DNA of 32,000 nucleotides from Pseudidiomarina andamanensis (GCF_009734345.1 NZ_CP032551.1:2040001-2072000); one strand, 5' to 3'; positions 9,651-18,107 are shown, counted from the stretch's first letter. The notes: generated by a model from the sequence alone, not told the origin. Numbers and translations: made by a program.

Positions 9651-9653
9651 GCC

Positions 9654-10634
9654 ATGAGTTTACTGTTTCGTTCTCGCCAGCAAGGCGCACAACAAGTCAA
9701 TATTTCGGGCTTTCGTCGTTTTGTCATGTTTTGGGTGCACAATCTGCAGCAAGCCGTGGCCAGTTTAGGTGAATTAGCGCGTTACCCTATGGCCAGCCTG
9801 ATGACAATGGCGGTGTTGGGTCTGAGTCTGACGCTACCAGCAACGCTTTATGTGGTGGTTAAAAATACCGAAGCCATTGGTGCTGATTGGCAACATGCTT
9901 CGGAAATTACGTTGTTTTTGCGCAAAGATTTAAGCCAACAAGAAGTGTCAACGTTTCATAAGCGTTTGAGCTTATCGAACGATATTGAGAGCGTTCGTTG
10001 GATAGACAAAAATGAAGCGTTACAAGAGTTTCGAGAAAGCTCAGGTTTCGGTGAAGCGCTTAATGCGTTAACCAATAACCCGTTGCCGGATGTGTTGTTA
10101 GTGCTACCGGTCGCCAACAAGCGCGGCACCGTTCAGGCACAACAACTGGCTCAGCAACTGCGTAATGAACGTGAGGTTGAGCAAGTACGACTTGATTTAG
10201 ATTGGCTGCAGCGCCTCGAGGCCTTATTGAACTTAGTGCGCGATGGTTTGTTAGCACTAGCAGCGTTACTGTGTATTGCGGTGGTGCTGATTGTAGGTAA
10301 CACCATTCGCCTGAATATTAATAGCAAGCGCGATGAAATTATGGTGATGAAGCTGGTTGGTGCAACCGACGGTTATATCCAACGTCCATTTTTGTATACC
10401 GGTGTTTGGTACGGTTTTGTTGGTGGATTGATCGCGTGGCTTGCAACGGCCGTAATGATTTTATGGATTTCTGGCGCCGTTGCTGACATTAGTGAATTGT
10501 ATGAAAGCCAGTTTGCCTTAGTTGGGCTAACGTTTAATGAAATGTTGGTGTTATGGCTACTGGCAATCGGCTTAGGATTACTTGGTTCCTATATTGCGGT
10601 AAGAAAACACGTTCGTACCATTGAACCGCAATAA
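9654..10634 (+). CDS. ftsX: cell-division ABC transporter permease FtsX
   Basis: 326 aa with 4-TM FtsX topology, located directly after ftsE. Confidence 0.9.
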   Translation: MSLLFRSRQQGAQQVNISGFRRFVMFWVHNLQQAVASLGELARYPMASLMTMAVLGLSLTLPATLYVVVKNTEAIGADWQHASEITLFLRKDLSQQEVSTFHKRLSLSNDIESVRWIDKNEALQEFRESSGFGEALNALTNNPLPDVLLVLPVANKRGTVQAQQLAQQLRNEREVEQVRLDLDWLQRLEALLNLVRDGLLALAALLCIAVVLIVGNTIRLNINSKRDEIMVMKLVGATDGYIQRPFLYTGVWYGFVGGLIAWLATAVMILWISGAVADISELYESQFALVGLTFNEMLVLWLLAIGLGLLGSYIAVRKHVRTIEPQ

Positions 10635-10686
10635 TCTATCCCCATATGGGTAAAATAGGTGATCAAAATTCATCCCAAAGCAGTCA

Positions 10687-10714
10687 TTGTCAGCAGCGTC
10701 AATTTTGCTAGAAT
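10687..10714 (+). promoter_or_regulatory. candidate sigma-70 promoter for rpoH
   Basis: TTGTCA (10687-10692), a 16-nt spacer, then TAGAAT (10709-10714). Confidence 0.45.
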
Positions 10715-10718
10715 GAGG

Positions 10719-10746
10719 GAACTATTAGACCCTAAAGTGGTCTGAG
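10719..10746 (+). promoter_or_regulatory. sigma-E (RpoE)-type promoter for rpoH, equivalent to E. coli rpoH P3
   Basis: GAACTA, a 16-nt spacer ending in GG, then TCTGAG. As I recall it, E. coli P3 reads GAACTT-N16-TCTGAT with the same GG before TCTGA. Confidence 0.65.
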
Positions 10747-10796
10747 TAGTGTCTGGATAATGTTGTGCGGACACCAGTGAGAGAGGATGTTGTTGC

Positions 10797-11663
10797 ATGA
10801 GCTCTGAAATTACTAGTATGGCATTAGCTGTTCCACAGTCGAGTGGCAGCTTAGAGGCGTACATTTCGACAGTGAACCGCATTCCTATGTTATCGGCAGA
10901 GGAAGAGCGCGAGCTGGCGACACGCTTGCAGGAACAGGACGACTTAGAAGCTGCTCGTCAGCTGATCATGTCGCACCTGCGCTTTGTCGTACATGTTGCC
11001 CGCAGCTACTCAGGCTATGGTCTGCCTCAAGCGGACTTAATTCAAGAAGGTAACATTGGTCTCATGAAAGCGGTACGTCGTTTCGACCCTGCGGTTGGCG
11101 TGCGCTTAGTATCGTTTGCGGTACATTGGATCAAAGCTGAAATTCATGAATATGTGCTGAAAAACTGGCGCATGGTCAAAATTGCAACCACCAAAGCGCA
11201 ACGTAAATTGTTCTTCAACTTGCGTAAAATGAAGAAGCGTTTAGGTTGGTTCACCAACGAAGAAGTGAATACCGTTGCCGAGACGTTGGGTGTAAGCACC
11301 AACGAAGTATTGGAAATGGAAGCGCGCATGAGCGCGTATGATCAAGCATTCGAATTGAGCTCGGACGATGATGATGCGAAAGATAATAGCACCTATTCGC
11401 CAGCACAATATCTTGAGGACAAACGCTCAGACTTAGCTGAAGAAGTGGAAAATGAGCAGTGGGAAAACCACACGCAACGCCGCTTATTGTCAGCCATCAA
11501 TACACTCGATGAGCGCAGCCAAGATATCGTACGTGCACGTTGGTTAGACGAAGAAAATAAAACCACGCTACAAGAACTCGCTGATAAATATCAGGTTTCT
11601 GCTGAGCGGGTACGTCAGCTCGAAGCGAATGCCATGAAGAAACTACGCATGGCAATGTCTTAA
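10797..11663 (+). CDS. rpoH: RNA polymerase sigma-32 heat-shock factor
   Basis: The RpoH box [13 protein letters not shown] is present, along with sigma-70 regions 2 and 4. The gene follows ftsX as in E. coli. Confidence 0.95.
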   Translation: MSSEITSMALAVPQSSGSLEAYISTVNRIPMLSAEEERELATRLQEQDDLEAARQLIMSHLRFVVHVARSYSGYGLPQADLIQEGNIGLMKAVRRFDPAVGVRLVSFAVHWIKAEIHEYVLKNWRMVKIATTKAQRKLFFNLRKMKKRLGWFTNEEVNTVAETLGVSTNEVLEMEARMSAYDQAFELSSDDDDAKDNSTYSPAQYLEDKRSDLAEEVENEQWENHTQRRLLSAINTLDERSQDIVRARWLDEENKTTLQELADKYQVSAERVRQLEANAMKKLRMAMS

Positions 11664-11680
11664 AGAAAACACACTAACAC

Positions 11681-11710
11681 AAAAACGCCGGCTTCATCGC
11701 CGGCGTTTTT
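11681..11710. terminator. bidirectional rho-independent terminator after rpoH
   Basis: AAAAA-CGCCGGC-ttcatc-GCCGGCG-TTTTT: a 7-bp GC stem flanked by an A5 run and a T5 run. Confidence 0.85.
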
Positions 11711-11730
11711 ATTTGGTTGGTAATTAGTTC

Positions 11731-11806
11731 TTAGTTCCACCACACCAGCGTTATGGGAACTTCACCACCGGTATATTCAAACTCAACACTGACTAAACCA
11801 CCATTG
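11731..11806 (-). pseudogene. displaced 3' remnant (last 24 codons plus stop) of the lipoprotein gene found intact at 13465-14028
   Basis: The - strand translates to NGGLVSVEFEYTGGEVPITLVWWN*, versus SGGLVSVEFEYTGSEVPITLVWWN* in the intact gene. Confidence 0.85.
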
Positions 11807-11913
11807 ACTACCATGGAAATAGGTTTCTGGATGCAGGAATTAAATGCTTCTGAAAAACTAGGTCTGAAATTAAGTAATTACCTATCGATTTCTATAGAGT
11901 ATCGTATTTGATA

Positions 11914-11942
11914 TTGACTTCAGCTTTAAATGTTACTAATTT
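11914..11942 (+). promoter_or_regulatory. candidate sigma-70 promoter for the island genes
   Basis: TTGACT (11914-11919), a 17-nt spacer, then TAATTT (11937-11942). Confidence 0.4.
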
Positions 11943-12004
11943 GTAAATGCGAAATGGAAAAGGGATGTATTTTGCGCTTCTACCACTACAAAGGAACGTC
12001 ATCA

Positions 12005-12547
12005 ATGAAGAATTTCTCTTTTACATTTACGTTGCTCCTCTTATTTACCCTATTCTCTACCGATGCAATAGCTGGAGATGAAGCCAACAAACTGAGTTTA
12101 TGGCACAAACAAGTTTCAGCATCGACAGCTTTAATAAAGTCAGAGAATCAACTGAGTATTTTAGAAACACACCCCATTTGGAATGAGCTCTCCAGTTATG
12201 CTCAGAGCGAATTTAGATCTAGCCTTACATTCAATGATAAAGGCTTAACAACATTTAATTTTGGAGTTCTAGAAGAAGAGCTGACAGTATCAAAAATTTA
12301 TAATTTACTTTCACTCTTTGGCCAACAAGCCTATGCAAGTTTTATGGTGAACGCTCGAGTTGAGACCGATGCTGATGTATTAATTTTGAATAGACCAATG
12401 TTAAATCAAAGAGAAGAGCGACCAAATAACTATAATGACACGAATATTTCGATTATGGTTCTTCTGGGAGAGCGTATGCATTATAGATGCTCTGAACGCG
12501 CTACATGTAGTCCAAGTGAAAACGATATCTGTACCCACAACTGTTAA
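12005..12547 (+). CDS. hypothetical secreted protein with a C-terminal 4-cysteine tail
   Basis: The ATG at 12005 is preceded by AGGA 9 nt upstream. The signal peptide is MKNFSFTFTLLLLFTLFSTDAIA|GDE. The last 19 residues read C-x5-C-x7-C-x3-C, and the final residue is Cys. I recognise no family. Confidence 0.6.
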   Translation: MKNFSFTFTLLLLFTLFSTDAIAGDEANKLSLWHKQVSASTALIKSENQLSILETHPIWNELSSYAQSEFRSSLTFNDKGLTTFNFGVLEEELTVSKIYNLLSLFGQQAYASFMVNARVETDADVLILNRPMLNQREERPNNYNDTNISIMVLLGERMHYRCSERATCSPSENDICTHNC

Positions 12548-12554
12548 TTCTGAA

Positions 12555-12587
12555 TCAGTCACTAGGAGGATCGGACCTAGTGACTGA
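12555..12587 (+). other. perfect 12-bp-stem hairpin between the two island genes
   Basis: TCAGTCACTAGG - aggatcgga - CCTAGTGACTGA. There is no following T-run. GGGGG (a possible RBS) and the ATG of the next gene follow. Confidence 0.6.
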
Positions 12588-12607
12588 GCTGAAAGGGGGT
12601 TGTACCT

Positions 12608-13399
12608 ATGCTCTTATCAGGAATGTGGATCAGCGTTATATTAATTAGCTTACCTCCGCATATAGACACCTCTTGTAGTGCGCCCCAAAATATTTTAGAT
12701 CAGGCAAGAGAAATAGATAAAGAGCACAGCAAACTGACGACCACGAAAGACGGTGTGCTTGTCGATAATAGAGGCCCAAACTTTTCTCGCTTTGCGAACG
12801 ATTGTTTGAACGACTTTTTTAAGAGAGATGAAGAAAAATACAACGAAAAACAAAAGCATTTGATTTTTAGTGCAGTTTCTAAAACTTACTTTTACTCTCG
12901 AGATAAAAATCTTTTAAAAGAATATAAAACCTACTTAAATACGTCAGGAAATGAGTATCCACCAGGAAAAAAGTACATCCAGGAAAATCTTGTTCAATTT
13001 CGGGGAAGGGAGTTAACAGGGCGAAAAATAATTTCAAGCGACGGGTCGTTGACAGATTTTACCGAACAAAATGTAATACTAATTATCTCATCACCTTATT
13101 GTGAAAATTCAAAAGATTTAAAACAGTGGATTTCACGAGAATTGCCTAATATTTCAACGAATATAATATGGGCCGTACGAAGACCTATAGGGATGAGTAT
13201 TGACGAGTTTCAAATGAATAGAGATTATACAAACTATTCTTTGTTATTAAATAGCTCAGATTGGGACGATATTGGGGTATGGGATACTCCAACAGTCTTA
13301 CATGTTCAGAATGGTAAAGTGATTCGGCAACAAGTTGGGAATCTTCCGGAAACCAAAAAATACTTGAAAGAATACGAAGAGTTTCAGGTCGCAAACTAA
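12608..13399 (+). CDS. hypothetical signal-anchored protein with a C-terminal TlpA/ResA-like thioredoxin fold and a CxxS motif
   Basis: The N-terminus is hydrophobic (MLLSGMWISVILISL). The C-terminal half matches the redoxin layout: ELTGRKIISSDGSLTDFTEQNVILIISSPYCENS (CENS in place of CxxC) and a cis-Pro loop, GVWDTPTVLHVQNGKV. Confidence 0.5.
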   Translation: MLLSGMWISVILISLPPHIDTSCSAPQNILDQAREIDKEHSKLTTTKDGVLVDNRGPNFSRFANDCLNDFFKRDEEKYNEKQKHLIFSAVSKTYFYSRDKNLLKEYKTYLNTSGNEYPPGKKYIQENLVQFRGRELTGRKIISSDGSLTDFTEQNVILIISSPYCENSKDLKQWISRELPNISTNIIWAVRRPIGMSIDEFQMNRDYTNYSLLLNSSDWDDIGVWDTPTVLHVQNGKVIRQQVGNLPETKKYLKEYEEFQVAN

Positions 13400-13424
13400 G
13401 ACCCGGATTGTAACTTCCCAAAAT

Positions 13425-13540
13425 ACAAAAACGCCAGCTTTTTTATTTGCTTGGTAATTAGTTCTTAGTTCCACCACACCAGCGTGATGGGAACTTCACT
13501 ACCAGTATATTCAAACTCAACACTGACTAAACCACCACTG
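13425..13540. repeat. right copy of the ~120-bp direct repeat (degraded terminator plus the functional 3' end of the lipoprotein gene)
   Basis: See the left copy. This copy lacks 12 nt of the terminator hairpin, reading AAAAACGCCAGC-TTTTTT. Confidence 0.9.
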
Positions 13541-14028
13541 TCAGCTATTGCGACAAGGCCATCGCAGTCGACGTTTTCAGCACACAGAAAGTCATACTGG
13601 TAAAATGCATATACGCCTGCCGTTTGCTCGTTGGCGGTGAATGGATTACCTTCTAGCGTTACTTCGTTGTACACGTAGCTTGTGCCAATTGCGTCGGGTT
13701 GTGAACTAATCACTTCGACGAGCTCGATAGATGTCGCACTGCCATCAGCGACATTACCCGTATCGACATCTTTTTCAATAACGCGTAATTCATACGATGT
13801 GCCGAATTGATGCTCGAAACCAACAATACTATCAGCAAACATTTCACGACCACTGTCAGATGTCGCGGTTGCGGCCAAAGCCGGTGTGAATTGAATGCCC
13901 AATCCATAATAGACCGGCGCCGACTCAACGGAGACATTAAACTCAGTCCCTTCGTCAGAGTCACTCGAACCGCCACAACCCATCAAAGTTGCCGTCATTA
14001 GAATGGAAAAAATAGTTTTAATTTTCAT
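13465..14028 (-). CDS. hypothetical lipoprotein, last gene of the gpmM-envC-yibQ operon
   Basis: 187 aa with signal peptide and lipobox LMGC. The start overlaps the yibQ stop by 11 nt. Confidence 0.6.
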   Translation of the reverse strand: MKIKTIFSILMTATLMGCGGSSDSDEGTEFNVSVESAPVYYGLGIQFTPALAATATSDSGREMFADSIVGFEHQFGTSYELRVIEKDVDTGNVADGSATSIELVEVISSQPDAIGTSYVYNEVTLEGNPFTANEQTAGVYAFYQYDFLCAENVDCDGLVAIADSGGLVSVEFEYTGSEVPITLVWWN

Positions 14029-14842
14029 TTGGGTAGACGTCCTTTCTGTTTATAAATTCCTTTGGAATCGCTTTGTGTTCGGTGAGTTGAATCGTTTCCG
14101 TATCGGGGCGTTGAGCTAAGGATGAGGCGACAACAAGTTTGACGCCATAGTGGCGTTCAATATCGGGCAGAACTTCTTTTAGAAACTCAAGTGTGGAACG
14201 GTGCGGATGCGCAATAGCAATCGCTTCGCCGTGTTTGTGTGCATGACGAATCAGATCTTTCCAGCGCAACGCAATTTCGGCAGGTTCTGGATTGTTGTCT
14301 AGAAAAACGTGACGTCGTGCAACTGGAATACCGAACTCGCGGGCGACATTTTCGGCTTGCGTAGCCGCGGTTGTGCGGCTGTCGAGAAAGTAGAAATTAC
14401 GCAGGGCAAGTTGTTCCATCACCCATTGCATTGGCTCAATCAAAGCCGTTAGACGGCTCCCCATATGATTATTCATGCCAACCGCTTGCGGTATCTGAAT
14501 AAAGGCTTGCTCCATCAGCAGAATGGTTTCGGCTTTATCATCTTCGGATGACAACATACCAGCACCAGCGTCGGCATTCGCCGATGCCTGCATGGGCATG
14601 TGAATAATCACTTCTTTACCGTTTTGTTGCGCGGTTTGCGCGATTTGTTCGGCATAAGGTGTGTGTGGCAACATGGCGAGCGTTAGCGGGCCTGGAAGTT
14701 GGGCAAACTGCTGCTGGAATCGGCTATTCCCAAGATCATCAATCACAATCGCGATACGTGGCAACACCTGCTCAGCCGCTGTGGTAGCGGGAGCGAGTAA
14801 CAAAACTGCTGCGATGATCACAATTTTAACTAACGTCGTCAT
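14018..14842 (-). CDS. yibQ: divergent polysaccharide deacetylase family protein (YibQ)
   Basis: The RIAIVIDDLGNS motif is present. The gene lies downstream of envC, as in E. coli. Confidence 0.8.
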   Translation of the reverse strand: MTTLVKIVIIAAVLLLAPATTAAEQVLPRIAIVIDDLGNSRFQQQFAQLPGPLTLAMLPHTPYAEQIAQTAQQNGKEVIIHMPMQASANADAGAGMLSSEDDKAETILLMEQAFIQIPQAVGMNNHMGSRLTALIEPMQWVMEQLALRNFYFLDSRTTAATQAENVAREFGIPVARRHVFLDNNPEPAEIALRWKDLIRHAHKHGEAIAIAHPHRSTLEFLKEVLPDIERHYGVKLVVASSLAQRPDTETIQLTEHKAIPKEFINRKDVYPNEN

Positions 14843-15976
14843 TTAGCGACACCAATTGACAGGGTTGACCGCGTCACCTTTGACGCGAATTTCAAAATAT
14901 ACCGCAGGATCTTCAACACCACCACTCTGACCAACTAACGCAATTGTTTCGTTGGCTCTCACAACGTCACCTTCGGCTGGCAAAATCGTCTGGTTATGCC
15001 CATATAGACTCATATAACCGTCACCGTGGTCAAGCACAATCACTAAACCGTAGCCGCGTAACCAGTTGGCAAAAAGCACGCGACCGTCGGCAATTGCTTT
15101 GACGGAGTCGCCTGCATCAGCTTTGATCACCACACCTTTCCAGGTGACGCCACCGCTGCGCTGACGGCCAAACAAACGCTCAACTTTACCATCGGCTGGC
15201 CAACTCATTTTGCCTTTGCGCTCGGTCAAACCGGCGAGGCGAGGCTCATCGCGTTGTGCTGCTCGAATTGCGGCAAGTACTTGTTCCAAAGCTTCCTGGT
15301 TGTCGCGTAATTCTTGAATACGTTTTTGGTCTGCCGATTGTTCACGTTGCAGTCGCTTAACCAATTGCTGCTGATCGGCTTGTTGCGCTTTTAAAACACC
15401 TTGTTGCTGGCGTTGTTGCTGTTCGCGTTGCGCCAGTTGCTGTTGTTGATCGGCAACGTCGGCCTGCACCTGTGTCAGCTGCTCTTGCGTGACGCGAATA
15501 TCATCTAGCTCTTGCAATCGAGCCCGATTCAAATAGCCGTAATAGCCAAGCAAACGTTCGAATTTGGCTGGTTCTTGCTGTTTTAGAATGAGCTTTAAGT
15601 AATCGTGCTCACCCATGCGATAAGCCATGTCGAGCTGCTTTTCGAGCAACTTTCGCTGATCATTGAGCTGTGCGGTGAGCTCTTGTTCTTGTTGCTGAAG
15701 ATCGTTGATACGACCGCGAATATCGGCGAGACGTTGTTGGGTTGCGTTGAGCTCGCTCGCGACCGTTGCCATTTGTTGTTCTAACTGGCGCAGTTCGCGC
15801 TCAGTAATGCTTAAGCGTTCTGCGCGTTGTCCAATGGCGGCTTCGCGTTTTCTCAGCTCTTCGGCAATTTGTGCTAACTGGGCTTCAGTTGCCGCCTGTT
15901 CTTGTGCACTTGGCTGTTGCCCCCAGCTCACTGGCGACAACAGCAGAATCATGAGTGCAGCAAGTGCGCGCATCAC
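14843..15976 (-). CDS. envC: murein hydrolase activator EnvC (coiled coil plus LytM/M23 domain)
   Basis: A signal peptide and a long Q/E-rich coiled coil are followed by a C-terminal LytM domain ([19 protein letters not shown]...[14 protein letters not shown]). Confidence 0.9.
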   Translation of the reverse strand: MMRALAALMILLLSPVSWGQQPSAQEQAATEAQLAQIAEELRKREAAIGQRAERLSITERELRQLEQQMATVASELNATQQRLADIRGRINDLQQQEQELTAQLNDQRKLLEKQLDMAYRMGEHDYLKLILKQQEPAKFERLLGYYGYLNRARLQELDDIRVTQEQLTQVQADVADQQQQLAQREQQQRQQQGVLKAQQADQQQLVKRLQREQSADQKRIQELRDNQEALEQVLAAIRAAQRDEPRLAGLTERKGKMSWPADGKVERLFGRQRSGGVTWKGVVIKADAGDSVKAIADGRVLFANWLRGYGLVIVLDHGDGYMSLYGHNQTILPAEGDVVRANETIALVGQSGGVEDPAVYFEIRVKGDAVNPVNWCR

Positions 15977-17508
15977 GACGTCAACGTCACAATTGGCGTG
16001 CCAGTCATTTCGGCCGGCTGCTCAAGACCGAGCAAGTGCAACATGGTTGGTGCAACATCAGACAAAGTACCGCCTTCGCGTGCCGTAGCGTCACGCCCGA
16101 CGTAAATAAATGGTACAAGTTCGCTCGTATGAGCCGTGTGAGACTGACCGGTAGTGTGATCTTGCATTTGTTCGGCGTTACCATGGTCTGCAGTAATCAG
16201 ACATTCGCCGCCAACCTCTTGCAAAGCTTCAATAACACGAGCAATGGAGCGATCAACGGCCTCAACGGCTTTCACTGCGGCGTCAAAATTACCGGTGTGG
16301 CCAACCATATCGCCATTCGGGTAGTTACAAATAATCACGTCAAACTCGCGCTGACGAATCGCTTCAACAAGAGCGTCGGTTAATTGCTCTGAACTCATTT
16401 CTGGCTGTAAATCGTAGGTCGCGACATTTGGCGATGGAATCAAAACGCGTTTCTCACCATCAAATTCTTCTTCACGACCGCCACTGAAGAAGAACGTCAC
16501 GTGGGCATACTTCTCGGTTTCAGAAATGCGGAGTTGACTATAGTCATTCTTGGCGAGCCATTCACCAAGCACGTTGGTGAGACTTTCTGGCGGATACGCA
16601 ATCGGGCCTTTTAAGTCAGCCGCATATTCGGTGAGCATGACAAAGGCTGATAATTGCGGCACGTGACCACGTTCGAAACCGTTAAACTTTTTATCTAAAA
16701 ATGCATGGCTCAGTTCACGCGCTCTGTCGGCACGGAAGTTCATAAAGAACACGCTATCGCCATCTTGTATTGGTGCAGCGTCACCAATCAATGTTGGTTT
16801 CACGAATTCGTCGCTTTCGTCACGTTCGTAAGCGTTTGCTAATGCGATACTGGCGCTATCAGCTTGGTATGGCGTTTGTGCCCGCACCAAAGCTTTCCAG
16901 GCTTGCTCAACACGGTCCCAACGCTTATCGCGGTCCATGGCAAAGTAACGACCACAAAGCGTGGCAAAGCGGCCAACGCCGAGTTGCATGAACTGTTTTT
17001 CGAAACGCTCAATCGTTGCTGCGGCCGAACGCGGTGGCGTATCGCGGCCGTCAAGAAAGCCATGGACATAGATATGCTTCGCACCACGTTGAGCAGCAAG
17101 TTCAACCATCGCTAATAAATGATCTTCATGGCTGTGCACACCACCTGGCGACAACAAGCCCATGATGTGAACGGCTTTGCCTGCCGATACAGCCGCATCA
17201 ACGCCTTCAGTTAACGCCGAATTTGTGAAGAAATCGCCATCAGCAATCGCTCTACTAATACGCGTAAAATCTTGATAAACCACTCGGCCAGCACCTAAAT
17301 TGACGTGACCTACCTCTGAGTTGCCCATTTGACCGTCAGGTAATCCAACCGCCATGCCTGAACCATCAATTAACGTATGTGGTCGAGTGGCCCAAAGTTT
17401 ATCCATGGTTGGCGTATTGGCTGCGGCAATGGCGTTATCTTCAGCGGCTTCACGATGACCCCAACCATCTAAAATCAATAGGGCTAACGGTGTATGTGGC
17501 TTGGCCAT
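15973..17508 (-). CDS. gpmM: 2,3-bisphosphoglycerate-independent phosphoglycerate mutase
   Basis: 511 aa. The N-terminus LLILDGWG, the NSEVGH motif and the TADHGNAE motif are present. Confidence 0.95.
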   Translation of the reverse strand: MAKPHTPLALLILDGWGHREAAEDNAIAAANTPTMDKLWATRPHTLIDGSGMAVGLPDGQMGNSEVGHVNLGAGRVVYQDFTRISRAIADGDFFTNSALTEGVDAAVSAGKAVHIMGLLSPGGVHSHEDHLLAMVELAAQRGAKHIYVHGFLDGRDTPPRSAAATIERFEKQFMQLGVGRFATLCGRYFAMDRDKRWDRVEQAWKALVRAQTPYQADSASIALANAYERDESDEFVKPTLIGDAAPIQDGDSVFFMNFRADRARELSHAFLDKKFNGFERGHVPQLSAFVMLTEYAADLKGPIAYPPESLTNVLGEWLAKNDYSQLRISETEKYAHVTFFFSGGREEEFDGEKRVLIPSPNVATYDLQPEMSSEQLTDALVEAIRQREFDVIICNYPNGDMVGHTGNFDAAVKAVEAVDRSIARVIEALQEVGGECLITADHGNAEQMQDHTTGQSHTAHTSELVPFIYVGRDATAREGGTLSDVAPTMLHLLGLEQPAEMTGTPIVTLTS

Positions 17509-17678
17509 GACTTCCTCAGTGGTTTTTTAGTAAATTCAAAAAATTGAACTTATTTTATGCGATTTTGTAGCGTAACGCATCCTTTCTAACCTGCGTTTCG
17601 TGGCAAATTTTACTGGCAACGTGCGTTGCAGTCGGTATACTCTGTGCCTTGTTTTTTTCAATTGGAGTAGGCAACCCC

Positions 17679-18107
17679 ATGGATCAACTTCTCGCTTTCG
17701 CGATGGACCACTACTTTATGAGCCTGTTGTGGGTCATCCTTCTGATCGCGATAATTGTCAGTTATGTGAAAGGCGCAACCTCAAAAGTTAAATTGTTAGA
17801 GCCACAACAAGCCACTTTGTTGGTCAATCGAAACGACGGTGTGTTTGTTGATATTCGTTCAGTGGACGAGTACCGTAAAGGCCACATTCAAGACGCACTT
17901 CATGTGACTGCCGACAAGATTCGAAAAAATGAGGTGCAGGCTCTTGAGAAATTCAAATCTGCCCCCATCGTGGTTGTATGTGCAACAGGAATGACTGCGC
18001 GTTCAGCAGCAGCTTCGCTTAGCAAAGCTGGATTTGAGAATGTTGCCGTACTTCAAGGTGGAATCTCAGCCTGGCAGGGCGCCAGTTTCCCACTGGTTAA
18101 AAAATAA
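17679..18107 (+). CDS. yibN: rhodanese-domain inner-membrane protein (YibN-like)
   Basis: An N-terminal TM helix is followed by a rhodanese domain with the active-site loop VVVCATGMTAR. The ATG at 17679 has GGAG 11 nt upstream; the track start at 17649 is a TTG. The gene is divergent from gpmM and upstream of secB, as in E. coli. Confidence 0.75.
   Translation: MDQLLAFAMDHYFMSLLWVILLIAIIVSYVKGATSKVKLLEPQQATLLVNRNDGVFVDIRSVDEYRKGHIQDALHVTADKIRKNEVQALEKFKSAPIVVVCATGMTARSAAASLSKAGFENVAVLQGGISAWQGASFPLVKK

Larger units (their letters stand above)
11679..11806. repeat. left copy of a ~120-bp direct repeat (rpoH terminator plus 3' end of the lipoprotein gene)
   Basis: 11711-11806 aligns with 13445-13540 with 5 mismatches in 96 nt. 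11679-11692 aligns with 13425-13438 with 1 mismatch. Similarity ends abruptly after 11806 and 13540. Confidence 0.9.
11807..13424 (+). mobile_element. AT-rich inserted segment carrying two orphan genes, with no recombinase or terminal inverted repeats
   Basis: The segment is bounded by the direct repeats. Individual 60-nt lines I hand-counted are about 25-43% GC, against roughly 48-50% in the flanks. It interrupts a conserved junction between rpoH and the gpmM operon. Confidence 0.55.

Noticed and set aside
10641-10650. CCCATATGGG palindrome just after ftsX, considered as a terminator
   Set aside because: It would form only a 3-4 bp stem with a tiny loop and no U-run, so it is too weak. ftsX-rpoH read-through combined with rpoH's own promoters is the known arrangement.
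11930-12004. Longer start (ATG at 11930) for the first island ORF
   Set aside because: The extra 25 residues (MLLICKCEMEKGCILRFYHYKGTSS) would bury an otherwise canonical signal peptide. The ATG at 12005 has an AGGA RBS, and 11930 falls inside the spacer of the best promoter candidate.
13185-13421. 78-aa - strand ORF inside the island
   Set aside because: It is antisense to the thioredoxin-fold ORF, has no RBS, and is of a kind expected by chance.
11807-13424. Terminal inverted repeats, or a transposase or integrase gene, for the island
   Set aside because: I compared the first ~80 nt with the reverse complement of the last ~60 nt by eye and found no convincing inverted repeat. Neither ORF resembles a recombinase. 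I therefore do not call it an IS, a transposon or a classical integrative element.
15705-16383. Three overlapping + strand ORFs (127, 67 and 142 aa)
   Set aside because: They are antisense to the envC coiled-coil region and to the gpmM 3' end. They have no motifs and are explained by the real genes on the - strand.
17614-17630. Sigma-54-like TGGCAA-N6-TTGCA upstream of yibN
   Set aside because: The GG-to-GC spacing is 11 nt rather than the strict 10 nt, and no enhancer-binding-protein context is evident. A sigma-70 -10 box, TATACT at 17636-17641, is the more plausible signal.
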